Origin: Isurus oxyrinchus
Taxonomy: Eukaryota
DNA length: 64,000 nt
Assembly: GCA_026770705.1 (NCBI GenBank)
Contig: JANJGN010000036.1
Span: 2,542,001-2,606,000 of the forward strand
Reading direction: 5' to 3'
In this document: piece by piece, positions 24,801 to 38,182 of the stretch
Layout: every line of letters starts with the position of its first letter
How positions within the stretch are numbered: position 1 is the first letter of the stretch
Notes under the pieces: generated by a model
Told to the model about the DNA's origin: nothing
What the model saw: the letters and a program-made list of their open reading frames with translations, nothing else
The model's database searches: none
Position numbers and translations under genes: made by a program

Positions 24801-27800
24801 TTGGCGTGGATGGTGAAAGCCACTGAAATTATTTAGGAAACAGGTGTTATTCTGATGTTTGAGGGAGGCATAACGTTTCTGGATGGATGAACAGTGTATA
24901 GTGAACGAACTTTTCCATCTGCATCTTGTAAAAAGGCTCTCTAAATTATCTTTACAATATCTGTGCAAAATCTAATTTCACAGCAGAATAAACGATGATA
25001 ATTTGAGAATATTTCTAACCACTAGAACAGGACTGACAAAAGATTGTCAGATCCAATTATTCAGTCATCTTAACAACAACGGCATCCAGTTTTTTAAAGT
25101 TTTGAAATAAATTCTCAGGGAAACAAAATCTCAATTTTTAGTCATGCATTTCACTGATCTTCTGATGTGAGGAGTAAATTGTGTTAACGTTCCCAAATTA
25201 TTAACATCACCAGCAATCCGCTTTCAGGTGTAAGTGTTTTGCATCACCTTCCTGTTCCTCTCCTGTTGTGTTCTCATCGTGTAAGTCATTAACACAGCTC
25301 CGCTCACACAGAAAAACCCACAACTACCAGCATCTCAACCCAGGACTGATTTTGCCATCTCAGAACAAATTGCAGTTTCACCCAGGTGACATTTAAGTAT
25401 AAGCTAAATATTGATCAAAACAAACCTCTACTGTGTCGTTAAAATCAAAGAATAATTTATATTATTTACATACAGACATTTGCAAAGAAATAATAACCCT
25501 GTCGGTAACTGGAGTTACAGAGTTCGCATAAAAGATTGTGAAAAACTATAGGAAGCCCCGAATCTTTGCTCAATGTTACGTTCACACTTAAATTATACTA
25601 ATGCAGTGTAATATCAGTCGCAATATTCAATGCAACTTACTTCATATTTTATTAAAATGAGCCAGTCTTTGTATGTGCTGACGATTTCACGGGGAAAGCT
25701 GTCCCTGTAATTTCAACCTTATAGCTCCTATATCGTCCTGTTGAGCTTAGATCTGACTTGCATAACCCCACTGCATAATCAAAATTCAGATACACAAGAA
25801 TGCTACTGTTAAGAGTTCATTCTTATCCATAGAGATTTATTGGACAGTTCCTGGGATATGGATCTTGAAAGAGTTTTAACAGGGAGTTCTTTGTTCTCCC
25901 GGAATTTCTGATCCGTTTCCATTATCTGATCCTGGAGTAATGAGAATGGGAATATGCAGACTGATGTGACTTTGATCGATATTGCAGTGTAACCCCCAGG
26001 TGTGGTGTCCTCCTCCCACTTCTCTCCCCCTTCTCTCCCTCTGTCTCCCTCTCTCTCTCTCTCTAACTGAATATCTTGTTGCTAATGTTTGCAAACCTAG
26101 GATTTGCAAAACAGTAATATCTAGACTGAAAAATACGAAATTCCATCAATATTGCATTCCATCATGCTGGCGGTTACATTATACAATGATAACTGGGTTT
26201 CCATGGCAATACATTTCTAGCAAACTGCCCACAATATCCCAGACATGAGAAGAGAATCACCCAGTGGTGGGGATTTTTGGGAATCATTATTCCTCAGTCA
26301 CCTGTTTTTTTCCAAAACAAACTGCACTCACCCCATTTCTCTAACTTGTAGGCTTAAACTTAAATACAAACAAAAAAAACAGTGTAAAAGTAAATTTGAA
26401 CCCTCATAGGTCTCCTGCATCTGCTTCCTGTTCCTCTACTGTTGTGTTTTAATCCTGTAAATCATAACTCTCAGATAGAGAAACCCACAACAACGGCATC
26501 TCAACCCAGGACTGATATTGCCATCTCAAAATTAATTGCAGTTTCAGCCAGGTGACATATAATTATAAGCTAAATATTGATCAAACCAAATTTCTACTGT
26601 GTCGTTAAAATCGAAGAATAATTTATTTTATTTACATACAGGCATTTGCAGGGAAATAATAACCCTTTCTCTAACTGGAGTTACAGGGTGCGCATAAACG
26701 ATTGAGAGAAACACAAAGAAGTCCCTAATTTTTGCTCAATGTTACTTTCACGCTTGAATTACACTAATACAGTAGACTTTCCTTCACAATATTCAAGGCA
26801 ACCTATTTTATATGTTCTTAAAAATGAGCCTGTCTTTGTGAGCCCTGACGATTGCAGGGGTAAAGCTTAATTTTTTGATGGGGATCTCCATGGCTCAACT
26901 GTTATTTGTACAAGGCTGTGGGTTCTTCGGCAAATCCTCTCTCCTCCATAATTCATCGGACAGAAAAGGTCCGGATTCTCATCTGCGACCTGCCTTCTTT
27001 TTTGATCTCTTTTCCAATGCACCATGTCCAAAGAGGCGTAGTGAGGTCCGCCCTGAGACTGGGAGACACATTCAACATTATTGTTCAAAAATAATTTAAG
27101 AAGACGCGTCAGATTATCTCGCCGGCAATCGCGTTTCATAGAATCATGGATTGATACATCCCAGGAGGAGGCCATTCGGTCCATTATTTCCCTTTCGGGC
27201 TTTTTGTAAACGCCATCCAATTAGTCCCACTCTCCCCTTCTCTGACCCCTTAAGCCAACTATTTTCTCCCCTTCAAGTCTTCATTCTTGAATCTGTCATT
27301 GATTCTGCTTTCATTGCCGTCTGTACCGATTTGAGCTTGTTTTGTTTAATGTGTCTATGCAAGAATTACCTGAAGAAATGTTTTGTAACGGATAAGTGAA
27401 ATCGGAAAGCAGTTAATACAAAAATCACCAAAGTTTAATCAGGAAACTGGAAAGTTAGTGATAAATCTCAACAGCGAGTTCTAAAAACCTGATTCTAAAA
27501 TGTTTGTATTTGTGTGTGGCGATATTTCATTATTTCCATCCAAGTTTATAAAAACACACTGAGGTAGATCATTCGGAAGGATTAGAAATAAAACTCTGAG
27601 TCACTTCGAGCCCGGTTTCATTCTCAATTACTCAATTATTGTTTCAGAGAAGAAAATCTATTGTGGAAAGCTTTCTTGGAAATTCACAAAATTGTGGTAG
27701 GAATAGACAAGTTAGGCAATGCGCATTCAGCCCTATTGACTGAGGGTACAATGACTACGGAATACACATTTACATGTTGGGCCAAGAGATGCAGGGGGGT

Positions 27801-28999
27801 GTGAGGGATATCCTACTTCAGGCAGTGAGTGATAATGGCCTGGAACTCACATACCAAGAGTGATGGAAGGGGAGAGAATGAATGATTACAAATGTACGTT
27901 TACTGAGGCAAATAATCTTACCGGCTCAATGTCAAACATCGGAATTAGGGTTTTAATTGCGTTGATCCAAGATAACGGGTATGCCATCCATGGTCGAGTG
28001 ACATTCCTCTGTTTTGTAATAATTCTATGGTTCTATGACTCCCGGAGACATCTGGACCTGTGTCAGTTAGGCATATAATGAAATAACACTTCATCAGGGG
28101 GATAATCCAGAAACACAATGAATGCTCAGTTACAATGAATATCATGATTTGGGAGAGATTCCTGCTCTCGGCCTCCTAACACTCAGACCGTGTGAATATT
28201 CTTATCAATCGCTCGAAGCATATTCGTGAAGAAATGTATCAGGCCTGCTTTGTTGCTCAATATGAAACCGCATTATCCCCTGATGGTCAGGAATTTGTTC
28301 CCAGTGCATTCAGAGCCGAGGCTAATACAGTTGTATCATCAAAGTTGGGTTTGCAAAGACAATTTCAAATCTTATGGGGAGATTGAAAGAGCGAAAAAAA
28401 GAGATTGAATTCCTTTAATCTTGCACCAACTAAACAGAACAGAGAGCTGAAGGGAAAAATGAGGCGACTGAAATATTGCCACATGCATCAGCACAATTAT
28501 ACATCATTAACAGATGAAATAAAAACTCACCAGGAACTCCAACTGCTGCAAGAAAAGGATAGTAAATGTGATCTATCGGAAGAATGAATGCATGTACCAT
28601 TATTGAGAAACACTGAAGCCGGTTTTGTTGAATCCACAGCTCCATTCGGCGTGCCGAGATTCAGCATTTGAAGGAGCCGTGATTTAAAGGCATCTTACCT
28701 GCTCTGGTCGGGCTAATTACCGGATCATTGCTATCAGATACATTCACATGAACAAACAACTTGCTTCAGCAGCTTTGATTCCAATGCAAATAATATGTCG
28801 TACAAAACACAGACATCTCCAGCTGCAGGTTTTTATATTAAGACACCGCTTAGTTGGAATCATGCTAAGAATTAAACCTGCAGATTTGATCCAACAATAA
28901 TTATTCAATCACATTGGGCTTTCATTCTGTGAAGCCCCTTTGCTCCTGCCGGCACATTGTTAAATGTTAATGATCACTTCGCAAATTGTACATTTTGCC

Positions 29000-29780
29000 A
29001 AGGGATCTGTTCCACTGTTTCCAAGTCAAGACACAACGTCTCAGACTCTGACTCGAGGTACATTGAAGGCCTGGTCCATGACCGCAGCCTTTAGGAATTC
29101 CTGTGATTGATACCAGGGGGAGGACAATGAACACACACTTTTGGCATTCTTCTCTCCGCCTCATCCCTCTGCTTCCACATTAGCTCAAGTTTCCAGGAAG
29201 GTTAGGACTGTGATACCACATAACTGCATTCCTCGTGTTCACTCATTGTCGAACGCTTATCACCCTTCTCCTGCTCTCTTTGTGGCATCAGCAAATTTAG
29301 CTACTATACCTTCAGTCCATTCATACAAGTCGTTTGTATAAACTGGAAAATGTTGAGGCCCCGGTACTAATCAGTGTAGCAAACTATTCACTGCAAACTG
29401 CCAACCAGGAAATAAATACCCATTTACGGTAACCCACTGTTTCCTGTTAGCCTGATAATCTGCTAGCCATGCATATATGTCGCACCCTACACCATGAGCT
29501 TTTAACTATCGCAATATCCTGTAATGTGGCAGTGTATAAAATGCGTTCTGCAAGTCCTAATTCAGTATATTCACCAGCTCCCCTTGAGCCACAGCACATG
29601 CAACTCCTTCAAAGAATTCCATTAAATTAGATTTCATTTCCCTTCACAAACCCATGTTGACTGTATCAAATTGCAGTGATGTTTCCTCAGCGGCCTGCCA
29701 TCACATTTTCAATCATAGCTACCCACATTTTCCCAGTGGCAGAAGTTAAGTGGCCCGTAGTTTCAGCCTTTCTGTCTCCC
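29000..29780 (-). mobile_element. Degenerate CR1-type LINE RT fragment
   Basis: Reverse complement contains caacatgggtttgtgaaggg (QHGFVKG-like), ...gacttgcagaacgcatttta and tgctgatgccacaaag (FADxTK-like). Confidence 0.55.
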
Positions 29781-32769
29781 TCCCAATTCCCGATTTACAG
29801 TTATTTCTGGGATGTTACTTATCGTGAGAAGTGATGCAAAATTTGGACATGGACACCTTCAGTACCTGAGCAGTCGCGAATGGAATGGTATTGAGCATTG
29901 TGTAATCATCAGTGGACAAGTTAAAAAAAGGCATCGCATTTACTTGGAAGTCCAGCGTCACCATAGCCTGTCATTATAAATGCAAGCATTCAGCACCTTT
30001 ACCTTTCATCTCGCAATTCCCAAAGACAAGCTCTCTTCACTAACTTTCCCCAGTTTAACTACCCGTGAACACCCACACACACACACCCACACAAACACAC
30101 ACACACACACACAGACACACACACAGAACTTGCTTTACAGACTACCACCAAAACACATATAAAACCAATATCCATCTTCACGCACTGAACTTCAGTCAAT
30201 CACCTTGTTTGCATTTCCGCCAATGCACTTGCACAACAAAATGAAATGGTCACCAGCTTCAGCACCTTTCTGGGGGAGGGACATTCAGATTTACACTCCA
30301 CATTCCACAAAACTTGTTTGTCTAAAACGCAATGCAATGACAGTAAAAGTCTGGCATGTAGGTTTAATGTTGAACACAAACCAAAAGTCAACGTGAGAAA
30401 ATGATATGCAACCATGAGACATTTCCTGCATCACTGCCCGTGTCCCTCTCCTTCTGTGTTCCAATTGTGTAAATGATAGAACACATCACATCTCAGACAA
30501 TGAAACCCAACGCTAACAGCATCTCAATACAGGACTGATATTGTCGGCTGAACAGAAATTGCAGTTTTATTCAAATGGCATTTAATTATAAAGTAATTAA
30601 TAATCATTACAATCATTCGGTGCATCGTTAAAATCGCAAAGTAATTTATTTTATTCAGATGCAAACATTAAGAAATCAACATCCTGTCAGTAACTGGAGT
30701 TACAGGATCAGCAGAAAATGCCCAGAAAAACGATGGAAGGTCCCTACTGCTTGCTCAATGTTTCCCTCACACTTGAGATGCACGATGACGGTGGAATATC
30801 CTTAACAATATCCAAAACAAATTCTACATTTAGCAAAATAAGCCAGTCTTTGTAGATCTGGGCAGTGAACGAGGAACGCTTATTTGTTTGAAAGGAGTCT
30901 CCTTTGCTCCATGTTGATTTCCACAAAGCTGTTGGTTCTTTGGCAATTCCTGTCTCCTCCATAATTCATCAGACAGAAACAGTCCCGAATCTCAGCTGCG
31001 ACCTGCCTCTTGTTTGATTTTTTATCCAATGCAACCAAGTCCAGACAGGCGTAGAGAGGTCTGCCTTGGGTCTGGGAGACATACTTAAACATTAAAAATC
31101 GAAAGTAATAAAAGGACAAGTCAGATTATCCACTTCCCCAACCGCGTTTCATAGAGTCATGGAATGAAGCAGCGCAGGAGGAGGACATTCGGCCCATTGC
31201 GTCTGTGCCAGCTCTGCGAAAGAACAATGCAATTAAAAACATTGTATCTTCTCTGTCCCCATATCGCTGCCAGTATTTACCCTTTGACTGTGTTTTTGTA
31301 ATTCCTTCTTGATAGTTATTATTGGACCTTCTTCCAATGCCCTCTATATCAGTTTGAGGATTTTTTTGCTTCATCTGTCTGAATTGAGACAGTGAAGCAG
31401 GACCCGGAAAGCAACCGAAAATCACCAAAGTTTAATCAGAAAACTGGGATGATGAGTTTATCAATTTGATTGGATTGTATTGTTGTTAATTAGCCAATCC
31501 GATCCCCATGTTTCATGATCAGCCATCTACACGATTGAGTAGAGCCAACAGCACGAATCACATTCCGAGGAATCACACTCACATACACCCAAAAGTAAAA
31601 GACTTGCGTTCTCTTGGCCTGTCACGAACTAAAGAATCCTCAGAACATTTTACACTCACCTATTTCAGGTGTGGTCTCTATCCTTATTGCAACCGGACAG
31701 CCAGTCTGCGCACAGTAAGATCCCATAAACCACAATGTTGTAATGACCCAGATTGTTTAAAAGATGTTGGTTCAGAGACAACGTAAGAAACGGAGCACCA
31801 GGAAGAGCCGCTCCCCAACAGCCCAAGCACTGCTCTTCTTGCAATAGTGGAGGTGCCATCTTTTAATTGACCTGAGAGGGCAGACAAGGCCTCAGTTTAA
31901 TGTTTCATGCGCAAACAGCACCTCAGACAGCGCAGCACCTGCTCTGGTGGTTCAGAATAGATTTTCTGCTCAAGTCTCTGGATACACACGCACACACACA
32001 CTCACACACAGAAATNNNNNNNNNNNNNNNNNNNNNNNNNNNNNNNNNNNNNNNNNNNNNNNNNNNNNNNNNNNNNNNNNNNNNNNNNNNNNNNNNNNNN
32101 NNNNNNNNNNNNNNNNNNNNNNNNNNNNNNNNNNNNNNNNNNNNNNNNNNNNNNNNNNNNNNNNNNNNNNNNNNNNNNNNNNNNNNNNNNNNNNNNNNNN
32201 NNNNNNNNNNNNNNNNNNNNNNNNNNNNNNNNNNNNNNNACATGCATGGAGATGCAGACACAGTCACAGACACACACAAACACAGACACACACACATACA
32301 CACACACACTTTCTGCCCGAACTGGTTCCATCTTTGTCAATTTACAACGGAAATACATGTTGATTTATCTATAAAACTCCTTTGGGTTTTGCCTTAACTT
32401 AATCGTAATTCCATTGGCTAATATACTTACTGAATTGGTTGGCGTGGGGAGTCAGAAAGGTGGGAAACAAGGGAGGGGGATTCGACTCACTGTAGGCGCA
32501 AATAAAAATAGCAGAAAGACAAAAAGTTTAGCTGCTGGAAATCCGCAGTGAAATTACTCTGCCCTTTGTATGGACAGATGGGGAGAGGAACTTGGGGTTA
32601 TGTTCTGAGTCCACGTAGAGGGATGAGTAGCATTTAGTACAAATTTAGATGTTCCAGTCTGGGACCTGGTTTCTATTAACCATCTGAAATGTGCAGCATG
32701 GGATTCCTTGCAGCTTATCCCAGAAAAACACGTGTTTGTATATTATTACAACAGTGTAAAAAAACTCAC

Positions 32770-35634
32770 CGTTATTGCATCCTGACATGCCTGCTTAGCC
32801 TCTGTTTGACGGTGGTCGCCTGTGTTATTAATGGTTATGATCAGAATTGAAATGTTTCCCAGCCTGGCTAATCCATAATTAATTACAGACACACCATGTG
32901 ACAATGATCCGCAAATCTTCCAATTGCCCCAATATGTCAATGGGCCCCAGATGTCAATGGAGCCCCAATCCACCGAAGCTTCCCCAATACGTGAAAGGTC
33001 CCTCAATAATTCAGTGGAGCGGTATTCACCATTGGGTGGACAGGCACTATCTACTCCTGGTGCTAAGCATCTATTCTCCATCTGGTCTATTACTAACAGT
33101 ATTGTACCAGTAATTGCCATTTTTTATAGGGCCCACAGGCAGCAGAGCGATTGTAAAACATTTTGATAACAGGGAATGGTCTTAAGCATTTTTCCAATTC
33201 CAGCCACTTGTCACTCAATCCGTGCTAACATTTGAATGCAACTTACCGTTTGTCGCTCATTCTGTCCCTCTCTTTGCCTTTTCCCTCTCAAGCTAAAACT
33301 GGCTTCAAACAAAAAGATCAAACATGTCTTATGTATTTTAAATCCTGGGCTCAAGTGCCAGAAAATGTTGAGAAGGAATTTGTCGAGTGGTCGTAGAATA
33401 AATCTTAAAAGATCATGGAAAATGTCAGCATATATCATTGGAATCAGAGTTGGATTTCAAACGGGTGAGGCACATTGTCCAATGTAGAGAAGGTGCTCGG
33501 GATGAATTTTGTAAATGGTTCAGTTACTCAATTTCCATTGTGGGATCTCTGGTATCGTTCTTCTAAAAGAAGAATCTGCAGTTAGCATTTCAAAACTACA
33601 AGAAGGGAACCAAGTGAGACAAACAATTATTAAAATATCCCTGATAAATATCAATTCTCACCTGATCTGCCGCTTTTAAGAATCCAAATGGAAATAAGGA
33701 CCAAGAGTAGAACCAGTATCACCAGGACTGTTATGAGAACAGGAGGGGCCAGACTGCACCATCCTACAGAGACAAAACACTTAGAACCTGCTGCTCGGTC
33801 AAATCATCCTTTTCTGGGATTATCTGATGGGAAAAGTGACCCAAATGGAAGCCCAGAAACAGTCCATTCGGACGATCGTGCCAGTGCAGGCCCTTTGAAA
33901 GAGGTATCTAATTAGTCCCATTCTCCCTGCTCTTCCCCGCCCATAGCCATGTAAATGTTTCCCCTCCAAGATTGATCCGATTCCCCCTTTTGAAAGTTCC
34001 TATCGAATCTGCTTCCACCGCCGTTTCAGGCAGCGCCTTCCAGATCACAGCAACTCGCTGCGTTTTAATGAATTCTCCTTATCACCCTCTCTGGTTCTTT
34101 TCCCGATTCTCTTCAAGCTGTGTCCTTCTGGTTACCGACCCCCCTGCCAGTAGAAACATTTTCTCCCATTTGACTCCATCGAAACCCCTCATAATTTTAA
34201 ACGCCTCGATTTAATGTCCACTCGATCTTTACTGTTCTAAGGAGAACAACACGAGATTCTAGTTCCTCCACATTAACTGAAGTCCGCCATCGCTGATCCC
34301 ATTCAATTAAATGCCCGCTATACCCTCTCTAAGGCATTCTTGCCTGTTTCCTGCTTCTAAAGTACATCCAGTGCAGAACGGACGTCAAATCCATTCCAAA
34401 GTGCACCGCCTGTGAAAAAAAGCAGTGGAAGTAGATTCAACAAAAATTTTCAGAAGGAAACCCCGTTATGACTTGGAGAGGGAAATGTGAAAGGGCTTTG
34501 GGGAAACTGATTTCAAAGTTGAATAAAAACCTTCATTGTTGAAATAACATTCTCACCTGTCCCTACTGCTCTGGGGAACGACACGCACTTTATCCAATAT
34601 TTGACTGAAGACCCCAGTTGAACAATACAAATACAAACAGCGGCGCTTCTCCGGGTTTCCCTCAGCACCACGACGTGACTTCTGATACTGTAGGCCCCAT
34701 CCGCCTCCATTGTACAGGGATCTCTCAGTCCATCAGTGGCCAGGCCGGAAATATTCCCGAAAATAACAATCTGGTTGGAAGAAACTCCACTGACCAGACA
34801 CACTAAGGGGACCGTTTCCCACAAATGCAGCTCACCTGCGGAGCAAACATCAGCACAGCCGCCTTGTTGGTGGAACTCTCTGGACAGAGATTGGGGCACA
34901 GTTAGTGATTAATTTGCACAAAATGATAATACTCTGCATGATCGGAATTCATTTCACTTGCTCTCTCACCTCCAACCAGTAGTGTTGGTGCATTCTGTAT
35001 CGGTACATCGCTACCCCAACGAGCACAGTGATAGGAACCCGAGTCATTCACCTGGACATTGCGAATTTCCAGAATCATCAAATTTGTGCTGTTGCCTTTT
35101 TTTGGAAATAAACTTTCAACCGGTCTCCTGACAGGGCTGGCTGTCGATTAGTGTCGGGGCTTCACCCACAGGGTGGTTGTACCAGAAATAGTGAGACACC
35201 GATTCCACTTCGTAACCGCACGGATTCCACCGTCTCTCCGACTTTAGCTGTCGTGATGATGGGGCTCTGAGACAGGCAGGGTTCGGATTCTGTAACTAGA
35301 GGGATTTTTGTTACATTATCACTGGTTAATGAGGGATAGGAAGCTGCCGCTTTGAAACATTTCACATTTAATTTAAGCAAAGTTACATCATTGGCTTTAC
35401 ATATTCTTGGTTAGATTAATTCTCCAATTAGATTTTTTTCGCTTCATAAGAGGAACTAGTAAACATACTCACATGATTAGGTCAAACTCCTTCACCTGGC
35501 CTCTGGGTTACATTTTCAGTTTAGTAAACACTGATTCTGGCTCATTCAAGTTTCAAATTCTCCCCTGCCTCTTACTCACCATATACCCGCAGCATCTGGA
35601 GAATAAGCATCAGAATTAACGATTCCAATGACAT
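32770..35634 (-). pseudogene. Type 2 V-C1-TM Ig-superfamily receptor pseudogene (distinct paralogue family)
   Basis: Leader 35580-35634 (MSLESLILMLILQMLRVY). V 34970-35295 (CGYEVESVSHYFWYNHPVGEAPTLI...LEIRNVQVNDSGSYHCARWGSDVPIQNAPTLLVG; two frameshifts and a TGA at 35116-35118). C1 34557-34879 (ETVPLVCLVSGVS...DGAYSIRSH...AVCICIVQ; frameshift near its start). TM 33662-33763 (GWCSLAPPVLITVLVILVLLLVLISIWILKSGRS). Phase-compatible cytoplasmic exons 33247-33302, 33030-33081 (weak acceptor) and 32770-32819. Last exon unresolved. Confidence 0.85.
33860..34340 (-). mobile_element. CR1-type LINE 3' fragment in the C-TM intron of the type 2 gene
   Basis: Reverse complement reads ...gtgttgttctccttagaacag...gaggcgtttaaaattatgaggggtttcgatggag..., a typical CR1 tail. 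Confidence 0.65.
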
Positions 35635-35813
35635 CTTGACGCGCTGAGTATTTCCTGTTTTCGCTCTCACCAGTTTAGTGATTGCAGGCGGAGTGGCCGC
35701 AGACAGCCCTGAGCTCAGTCGCAGTCAACAGCTTCACTTTCAGATGCGTTGGAAACTATGACGAGTTATGATATGGAAAATATGACGCCATTTTGGGTGG
35801 GTGTCCTGGTGAA

Positions 35814-35906
35814 TACCACATGCATTTTTCATACTGTGGTCACCGTTTGTGCCTCACAGCGGCCAAGTCGCAGCATGTTTATAAATAAATTTACTGGGTT
35901 GTGGTT
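35814..35906. promoter_or_regulatory. Cluster of three RUNX-type motifs upstream of the type 2 gene
   Basis: ACCACA 35815-35820, TGTGGT 35835-35840 and TGTGGTT 35900-35906, 180-270 bp upstream of the ATG. Motif match only. Confidence 0.35.
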
Positions 35907-37957
35907 CATTGTGTCGAGGGTGCGGGTGTCAAAGAATACTAATTGGGTGTATGGATGCTGAATAGTGTAGTTAAAGTTTATTTCATTCTGGGGATATCAT
36001 GGCCTCTGGCAAGGCCAGAATGCATTAACCATCACCGAATGTCACTTGGGAAGGTGGTGGTGAGCTGCCTTCCTGAACCACTGAAAGTACACACACAGTG
36101 CTTTCAGGGTGGGAGTTCCAGGATTTTGAATCAATGGCAGTGAAGGAACTGTGATGAATTTCCAAGTCAGAGTGATGAGTGGCATGGAGGGGAATTTGCA
36201 GTGGGCGGTGTTCCCAAGTATTTGCTGAATTTGGATGTCAATGTTGCAGAGTACGCAGGTTTGGAAAGAAAACGCCAAGAATTTAGTGTTATGTGATAAT
36301 ACTCACTATTAGCTATTCTGTAAACAGGTTGTACAGGATTCGTAAGACATTCTGGTTAACACAGAGACTGGATATATTGGATGAAATGTATGTGGATTAA
36401 TTTTAATTTTAATGACATGTATCTTATTCAATATGCACAAATTACGCAGAGGCCTAGAGAGGAATTCTAATGCAACAAACACGATCACTCACTGCACTTA
36501 TCGAGAATCTAAATGAACGAATCTCTTTCGAATTCAGTTCTGCCCCTTAAAATGTTCGTGCACCGTCCTCCTTTCTGCTAAGTCACATTGAGTAGGTTTT
36601 CGGACTGACTTATTCTATTATATAAAGCGCCAGGGGGGGTTACCGTGAATTCAGTTCATTGTTCAGTTCTGAGTTCATTGTTGAATTCTAATTACCAATG
36701 ACTTGAGTGATAGGTCCCGTGAAGAGAGTTTCAAACAATAATACATCTTTCACTTTGCATTGTTATCTAAGCGCGTTTACAGCAGTTCAATGGAAAATTC
36801 ACTGCACAGTTATGAATTTGACGTTGTCGTTAAGCTGCTTTGATGTTGCAGTTTACAGAGTTACATAGAACGTACAGCACAGAAACAGGCCATTCCGACC
36901 CGAATACTCGTGCTTGTGTTTATGGTCTGCACGAGCCTTCTCCCACCCTCTCTTCATCTCAGCCCAACAACATTTCCTTTTATTCCTTTCTCCCGCATTT
37001 GTTTATCCAGCTTCCCACTGAAATGCATCTCTGAAATAGACTGAAGCATTCCCTTTGGGAGCGGGTTCCAGAATCTCCCCTGGGTAAAGATGTTTCCCCT
37101 GAATTTCAGACTGGCTTTATCTCATATTAATCACCTCTCGTTACGAAGGGCGATAGGAACACAGGAGCAGGATTAAGCCATTGGGCCATTCGAGACTGCT
37201 CCACCATTCAATAAGATTATGGCCGATCTGGTTGTGGCCTCAACTCCACTATGCTGTCTGTCGCTCATACGCCTTGACTCCCGTGCCTAACAAAAACCTG
37301 TCCGTCACGGGGCCTTGAATAAATTCAAGGACCCATCCGCGACTACTTTCTGGGGAAGGGAATACCACACATGAGTGACCCATTGGGTGAAAACAAATCT
37401 CGTCATCTCTGTCTTAAAAAGGAGACCTTGATTTTTGATCGATGTCCAGAGATTTGGCAACAACAGGAAGCACCTTCGGGGTATCCGCCCTATCAAGGCC
37501 CCTCAGGAACCTATATGTTTCAATACGATCACCTTTCATTCCTCTAAACCCCAAATGGAATTTTTGAATTCTTGAGTGATGACCAATATTTTTGAAATCC
37601 TGCAGAATTAGAGCCAGCTTCCCTACGGCTGCCTATTTGGACCATTTCATAATTGTAAAGACCTCGATCTGGTCGTCCCTCAATCTCTCATCCCCACCCT
37701 CCAAAACACTTTAGAGAAACGAGCCTCAGCCTGTTCATTCCTTCCTGTTATTTATAAGCTCTCAGTTCCCGTATCATCCTTGTGAAATATTAACTGCACC
37801 TTTATCAATATCTCTGTATCTGAATATGGAGAATATTTCTCGAATATGCAGGACTGTGTTCTGTACTCCAAGTGTAGTCTAACTAATGTGAATACATACC
37901 TGGTGTATTTTGGAAATCAGATGATGCGTGCGCGACAGCACTTTGACCTGCGCTAAA

Positions 37958-37970
37958 CAGGAAAACCACA
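37958..37970 (+). promoter_or_regulatory. Composite ETS/NFAT-RUNX-like motif upstream of the intact gene
   Basis: CAGGAAAACCACA, ~170 bp upstream of ATG 38140. Motif match only. Confidence 0.3.
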
Positions 37971-38139
37971 GAGAGCTGTCTACCTCGGCACTATTTTCCA
38001 AACCCCATCGTTTAATAATAAACATAGAACGCCATTCAGGCTGCTTATTTCACACCTCCTTCGCACCGAAAGAATGAGAGCGAGTTCTCAGTGAGATTCG
38101 GATCGGGGCTCAGAGTCTGACCGCCTGAAGTCAGGGACA

Positions 38140-38182
38140 ATGAGATACCTCGGTGTGTGTGCATTGTCCCATCTCTTCCAGG
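38140..38182 (+). CDS. Copy 4 exon 1, leader
   Basis: MRYLGVCALSHLFQ+G|gtaaga; 43 nt, same length and phase as the copy 3 leader. Confidence 0.8.

Noticed and set aside
35024-35030. Perfect RSS heptamer CACAGTG at the 3' end of the type 2 V exon
   Set aside because: It is just the His-Cys-Ala codons (CAC TGT G) of the YHCA motif, and no nonamer-like sequence lies at 12- or 23-bp spacing.
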